A DNA stretch of 61,448 nt. Source: a virus (Duplodnaviria > Caudoviricetes). This document shows positions 57,627-61,448 of this stretch, piece by piece (position 1 is the first letter of the stretch; the number at the start of each line of letters is the position of its first letter). Made by a program: the position numbers and the translations under genes. The stretch spans positions 1 through 61,448 of IMG/VR virus record IMGVR_UViG_3300036796_000121; one strand, 5' to 3'. Below the pieces are notes generated by a model, which saw only the letters and a list, made by a program, of their open reading frames with translations, searched no databases and was not told where the DNA came from.

Positions 57627-60600
57627 TTATGGCTGCTCTGGTTTCTCGCTTATAAATTGTTGTAGTAATGATTCTTCTAACTTTGCAATTCTATCTTCTT
57701 GACTGTCTACTAAAACCTTTAACTTGCTAAATTGATTCTGGATGGATACTTTCTCAAGTTTTTCTGCTTCAAGCGCTTGTTTTACCATTCCAATATCAAA
57801 CTGCATATTGTCTGCTTTCCAGTCTAATTCTTGTACCGATTGCATTGTAATAGAAACAGAACTATATAATGTGACTGCATTTCTTTCTGGAGTTGTAAAT
57901 ACACTATCAGAATCCTCAGCAATCATACCATAGTATACAGGCAATACATCAATTTCACCTTCATTGTACTTTTCAACGTCAGAAATCATATTGTATTTTT
58001 TAATACGTACAGAGTTGAGTGTTTGTAGCGCAGAGAACTGCAAATCTTCAATGTTTGTTTTGATTTTACGAGATGAGTTAGGAATAAATTCCCTGGCCCA
58101 TACGCCTCCAGTTGCGGAGATGTTTTCTTTTGCTCTTAATGTTCTTAATTCTAAATCTCGCCATGAATTGCCAAGTGTATCTTTAATTTGTAGTCCGGTG
58201 TCGTAACCTGATGCAAGGCTTGACCTTATCATCACTCTTCCCATGACTAAATCATGATCATTCACGCCATTGGTAAAGTATATACTGTTGCCAGTACTTT
58301 TTCTATCAAAATGAAACTCACCATAGTTATTTTTAAAATAATGCGGTTCTGTTGTCGTCACCATAAATTTCCCGTATCCTGGAGCCCATCCTACTGAGTT
58401 AAAAACAATATCATTCAAATTGTCAAAATACAATCTCCCGTCTGCATACGCATATAGATGACCACCATCATTTTGCATCTGAATATACGATGACCATATA
58501 TTGCTCCCTGATGCATTTTCTCCTTTTGAGAGTCCAAAAGTGGCCCAAGCTTTAGAAGGTTGTTCAATACCGTTAATTCGTGGTGTTTTTTGATAAATAT
58601 AGAATGAGCCTGTACCAGAGAATTTTCTGTTATCAGAACCAAGAACAAGTGCAGGTTGAATACTTCCATCCTCTGCTTCCATAAACCCCATATAACCACG
58701 CGGTTTATCTAAATCGAAAATCTTCATGTCTTGCTTATTTATTTCAACAAATCTGTTTCCACTCGTTTTAAGTGTTACCCCTTCCAAAACTTGTCCTTTA
58801 ATATGATCAGCTGTAACGAAACCTTTTAAGTTAATTCTAGGTGCATCAATTAGAATTTGTTCTGCCGATTGATTAATCTGGGATATAACATCCCCTTTTT
58901 TAACTCTAGAGTTAATATTTTGGTTTGTTAAATTAATAGCCGCTTCCATATCGACTACATAAGCGAATTTGTTATCAGCATCCTTTTTTGAATAAACTTC
59001 TGTCGCCTTCGCTCGTAGGTCTATTTCTCCTGTATTCTGTCGGATTTCAGTCCACATGTTTTTTGTTACAGTATCAAAATCACTCTTAGCTATCTTATCT
59101 GCGACCAGATCAACTAATTCTTTATAATTGGTAATATCTTTCGGGTTTGGCATGTATACAGATGATTCTTTCCCTTGCTGTAGCTGCGGTTGAGATACCC
59201 AAATTGTACCGTTACGTCGTATCCATATATCAGCACGTATATTTGTAAATCCAGTAGCAGGTGCTTTAGCAGTTACACTTACCAGCACCCACGATCCATT
59301 TGCCAATAATTCTTTAATTTCTGTTTGTACGTAGCTTATTTGTGTTGCACCATTATAAAATCCAATTTTAATAACAGCACCGTTAGCTATAGTGTTTTTA
59401 TCAACGGTGTAAACCCACGCTGAGTATACATAGTCACCACTATCTAAAGGTACACCAGCACTTTGAGATATCCCTGTATAGTTATCAGAATTTAACCCTG
59501 CAGCATTTATGCGTACTGCATTATAACCGTCGTGTTTTCTATCGGTTACAACGTCAATTGTAGTACCCGTAACATTTCCGATTTTGGACCATTTGGTTAA
59601 ACTGGGAATTTCATTCACTACATTACCGTTCGCATCCACTTTCTTATCTTTAAACTCAGTGTTGAACAGTTGGTTTATACTACCAAGTGCTCCTACATAA
59701 GCCTTCATTTGCTTTTCCGAAATCTTTGAGCTTAATGACTCGTTCGTTTTTTTGAGCTCATTCTTCACTTCATCCACATCTGGAACAACCGATTCCCAAG
59801 CTGAACCTGTCCATATTTTCAATATACCAGGCTTACCGTTGCTAACATCTCGCCACAATGTTTTATTTGCTTTAAGACCTGTTGTTGGCGGATTCTTAGC
59901 TTCAATAATGTCCACCATATTATTTTCTATGTTCTCTTTTAATTTCTCAGATATATCTTTAGCCGTTTTTGATTCCTTTACAGCTTGTCCAGATTCCTTC
60001 TTTGCTTCTTCGGCCAACTTTTCTAGTTGTTCTAACAGCTCTTTGTTAGCTTTGCCTTCTAACCAAGCTCGCATTTTGTTATATAACTTTCGTAATTCCT
60101 CGTTCGGATCTATAATCTCTCGATAGTCTCCGAATACATATTTATCTTGTGTAGGGTCTGTAAAAGATTCATCTCCTGCAATAACACGAGCTTCTAAATA
60201 TAGTTTTGGTGTAAATCCTGTATCTTTTATTTTGATTGTATCGCCTTCGTTTACTAATTCGTGCGCCAATCCAAATATACGCCCAATAGCTCGTGCTTCT
60301 ACTAGATAAGAAACCGATGTATTAACACGTTTTTTAAACTCAGTTTTCATGAGTGTCATTAAACGCTGGGGTGTCATATTTTGATCTTCAGTCTCTGGAC
60401 TATAAAAACCAAACTTGTGTTTCCCACGCTCATTCCAGCGTTGAAAGGCATCGCTATCAGTAATGTAAGGAAGACCATTATTGATACTCTCAGCCGTAAT
60501 TATTTCGTCTCCTTCACCTTTAACAAATCCCACAAGAGCTGTACAAATATCTCTAGAATGCTCAATTCGTTTTACACCAACCAGGTCCTTTCCTAAAACC

Positions 60601-61187
60601 ACTTCCTTACCGGTTTCTCGGCCACGTTTCTTTATCATATCAACGTACCAACCAGTGATTCTAGAACCAACTACCTCTACACGATATTGAATTTCTAAAT
60701 CAAATAACGCAGCGATTTTCTTTAAAAATGTAAGAGGATCTATAATTTCGTCGATTGTCATTGTGTGGAAGCCCCTATATTCCGTTCTACCGCGTTTCCA
60801 CTTCATACCTATCAGGGCCATATCGATAAACTCATTTACGGTTTTACCTTCTATACGTTGCGGCATTATATAGCCGTCTTTCGCTATTTGACTCCAAGCA
60901 CCTGAAGCATGTATAGTAATTGATCTATCATCAGAATCTTTCTCAACTTCATTGTTGATTACATATGGAACCATTCGGCCATCACGAACTTCTTTTACAA
61001 TTAAATTCTGTTGTTGCAAAGTAATTGCGTGAGGCGTTCCATCAAAAGTTTTAAACTCTAACATATCAACATTATTTTTGATTTCCCAATGACGAATATC
61101 ATCCCAGTAGTCTTTTGGTTGGATAACTGAAACAATTTGTTCAGTCTTAAAATCCACGACATGTAATATCCCAGTCGGCGTTCTCAT
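57627..61187 (-). CDS. Tail spike / Tal-like protein with carbohydrate-binding-like domain and C-terminal S74 chaperone
   Basis: Prophage tail endopeptidase-like N-terminus; QPQLQQG..S.YMPNP; SSRKIKTNI...YGMIAED. Confidence 0.88.
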   Translation of the reverse strand: MRTPTGILHVVDFKTEQIVSVIQPKDYWDDIRHWEIKNNVDMLEFKTFDGTPHAITLQQQNLIVKEVRDGRMVPYVINNEVEKDSDDRSITIHASGAWSQIAKDGYIMPQRIEGKTVNEFIDMALIGMKWKRGRTEYRGFHTMTIDEIIDPLTFLKKIAALFDLEIQYRVEVVGSRITGWYVDMIKKRGRETGKEVVLGKDLVGVKRIEHSRDICTALVGFVKGEGDEIITAESINNGLPYITDSDAFQRWNERGKHKFGFYSPETEDQNMTPQRLMTLMKTEFKKRVNTSVSYLVEARAIGRIFGLAHELVNEGDTIKIKDTGFTPKLYLEARVIAGDESFTDPTQDKYVFGDYREIIDPNEELRKLYNKMRAWLEGKANKELLEQLEKLAEEAKKESGQAVKESKTAKDISEKLKENIENNMVDIIEAKNPPTTGLKANKTLWRDVSNGKPGILKIWTGSAWESVVPDVDEVKNELKKTNESLSSKISEKQMKAYVGALGSINQLFNTEFKDKKVDANGNVVNEIPSLTKWSKIGNVTGTTIDVVTDRKHDGYNAVRINAAGLNSDNYTGISQSAGVPLDSGDYVYSAWVYTVDKNTIANGAVIKIGFYNGATQISYVQTEIKELLANGSWVLVSVTAKAPATGFTNIRADIWIRRNGTIWVSQPQLQQGKESSVYMPNPKDITNYKELVDLVADKIAKSDFDTVTKNMWTEIRQNTGEIDLRAKATEVYSKKDADNKFAYVVDMEAAINLTNQNINSRVKKGDVISQINQSAEQILIDAPRINLKGFVTADHIKGQVLEGVTLKTSGNRFVEINKQDMKIFDLDKPRGYMGFMEAEDGSIQPALVLGSDNRKFSGTGSFYIYQKTPRINGIEQPSKAWATFGLSKGENASGSNIWSSYIQMQNDGGHLYAYADGRLYFDNLNDIVFNSVGWAPGYGKFMVTTTEPHYFKNNYGEFHFDRKSTGNSIYFTNGVNDHDLVMGRVMIRSSLASGYDTGLQIKDTLGNSWRDLELRTLRAKENISATGGVWAREFIPNSSRKIKTNIEDLQFSALQTLNSVRIKKYNMISDVEKYNEGEIDVLPVYYGMIAEDSDSVFTTPERNAVTLYSSVSITMQSVQELDWKADNMQFDIGMVKQALEAEKLEKVSIQNQFSKLKVLVDSQEDRIAKLEESLLQQFISEKPEQP

Positions 61188-61448
61188 CTATATTTCTCCC
61201 TATAGCTCACTGTCGCGGTGAAATCCGGTGGTATAATATCAATACGATTTTCTCCTCGCATTACGGTTGGGAAATTACTGAAAAACTCTTTTAAATCTAT
61301 AGCATCCATACCATTGATTGTTACAAGACTCCGCTCGGTATCTATAATAATTTTATCTCCAGTATCGAAAATATACGGCTTCGTATTATCCGGTACTTTA
61401 TTGAGCTTCCAAATCTTCAAATCGTCCACTTGCATCGTATAAACAGGG
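61184..61448 (-). CDS. Distal tail protein, 3' part (continuation of 1-1363)
   Basis: Same frame across the circular junction. Confidence 0.85.
   Translation of the reverse strand, partial: PVYTMQVDDLKIWKLNKVPDNTKPYIFDTGDKIIIDTERSLVTINGMDAIDLKEFFSNFPTVMRGENRIDIIPPDFTATVSYREKYR

Noticed and set aside
61342-61448. 107-bp terminal repeat as a biological direct terminal repeat
   Set aside because: It is an exact overlap in the middle of the Dit gene, typical of a circular assembly k-mer overlap.

Overview
The window is an apparently complete temperate siphovirus genome of the Bacillus cereus group, resembling prophage phBC6A51. It assembles as a 61,341-bp circle, because bases 1-107 are repeated at 61342-61448. 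Almost all genes are on the minus strand. Modules: packaging, head and tail; lysis (two XhlA, holin, amidase); a large serine integrase; an arbitrium-type switch (aimR, unannotated aimP and aimX, cI/cro) with upstream LexA boxes; a self-sufficient replication module (AEP primase-MCM helicase, PolA, SF2 helicase, RecU-like nuclease, SbcD and a split SbcC); an FtsK plus replication-relaxation module; and ApeA/HEPN-type defence genes. Two non-coding signals stand out. (1) Between about 19.7 and 26.3 kb lies an array of about 14 plus-strand micro-transcription units, antisense to the main phage transcription. Most have a sporulation sigma-G/sigma-K/sigma-E-like promoter, a 30-100 nt variable segment that is often anti-Shine-Dalgarno-like, and a terminator, half of them from one GAGCAGTTAGC...GCTAGCTGCTC family. 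The units are interleaved with spore-type protein morons (ExsJ/BclB-like collagen, GT2-TPR glycosyltransferase) and delimited by a recurring 18-bp quasi-palindrome. This suggests a cassette array of phage-encoded sporulation sRNAs. (2) Two homologous, inverted, about 190-bp AT-rich elements share a perfect 34-bp core and sit almost exactly opposite each other on the circle (30,665 vs 30,676 bp apart); they are candidate paired origins. All functional calls are by eye, without database searches.
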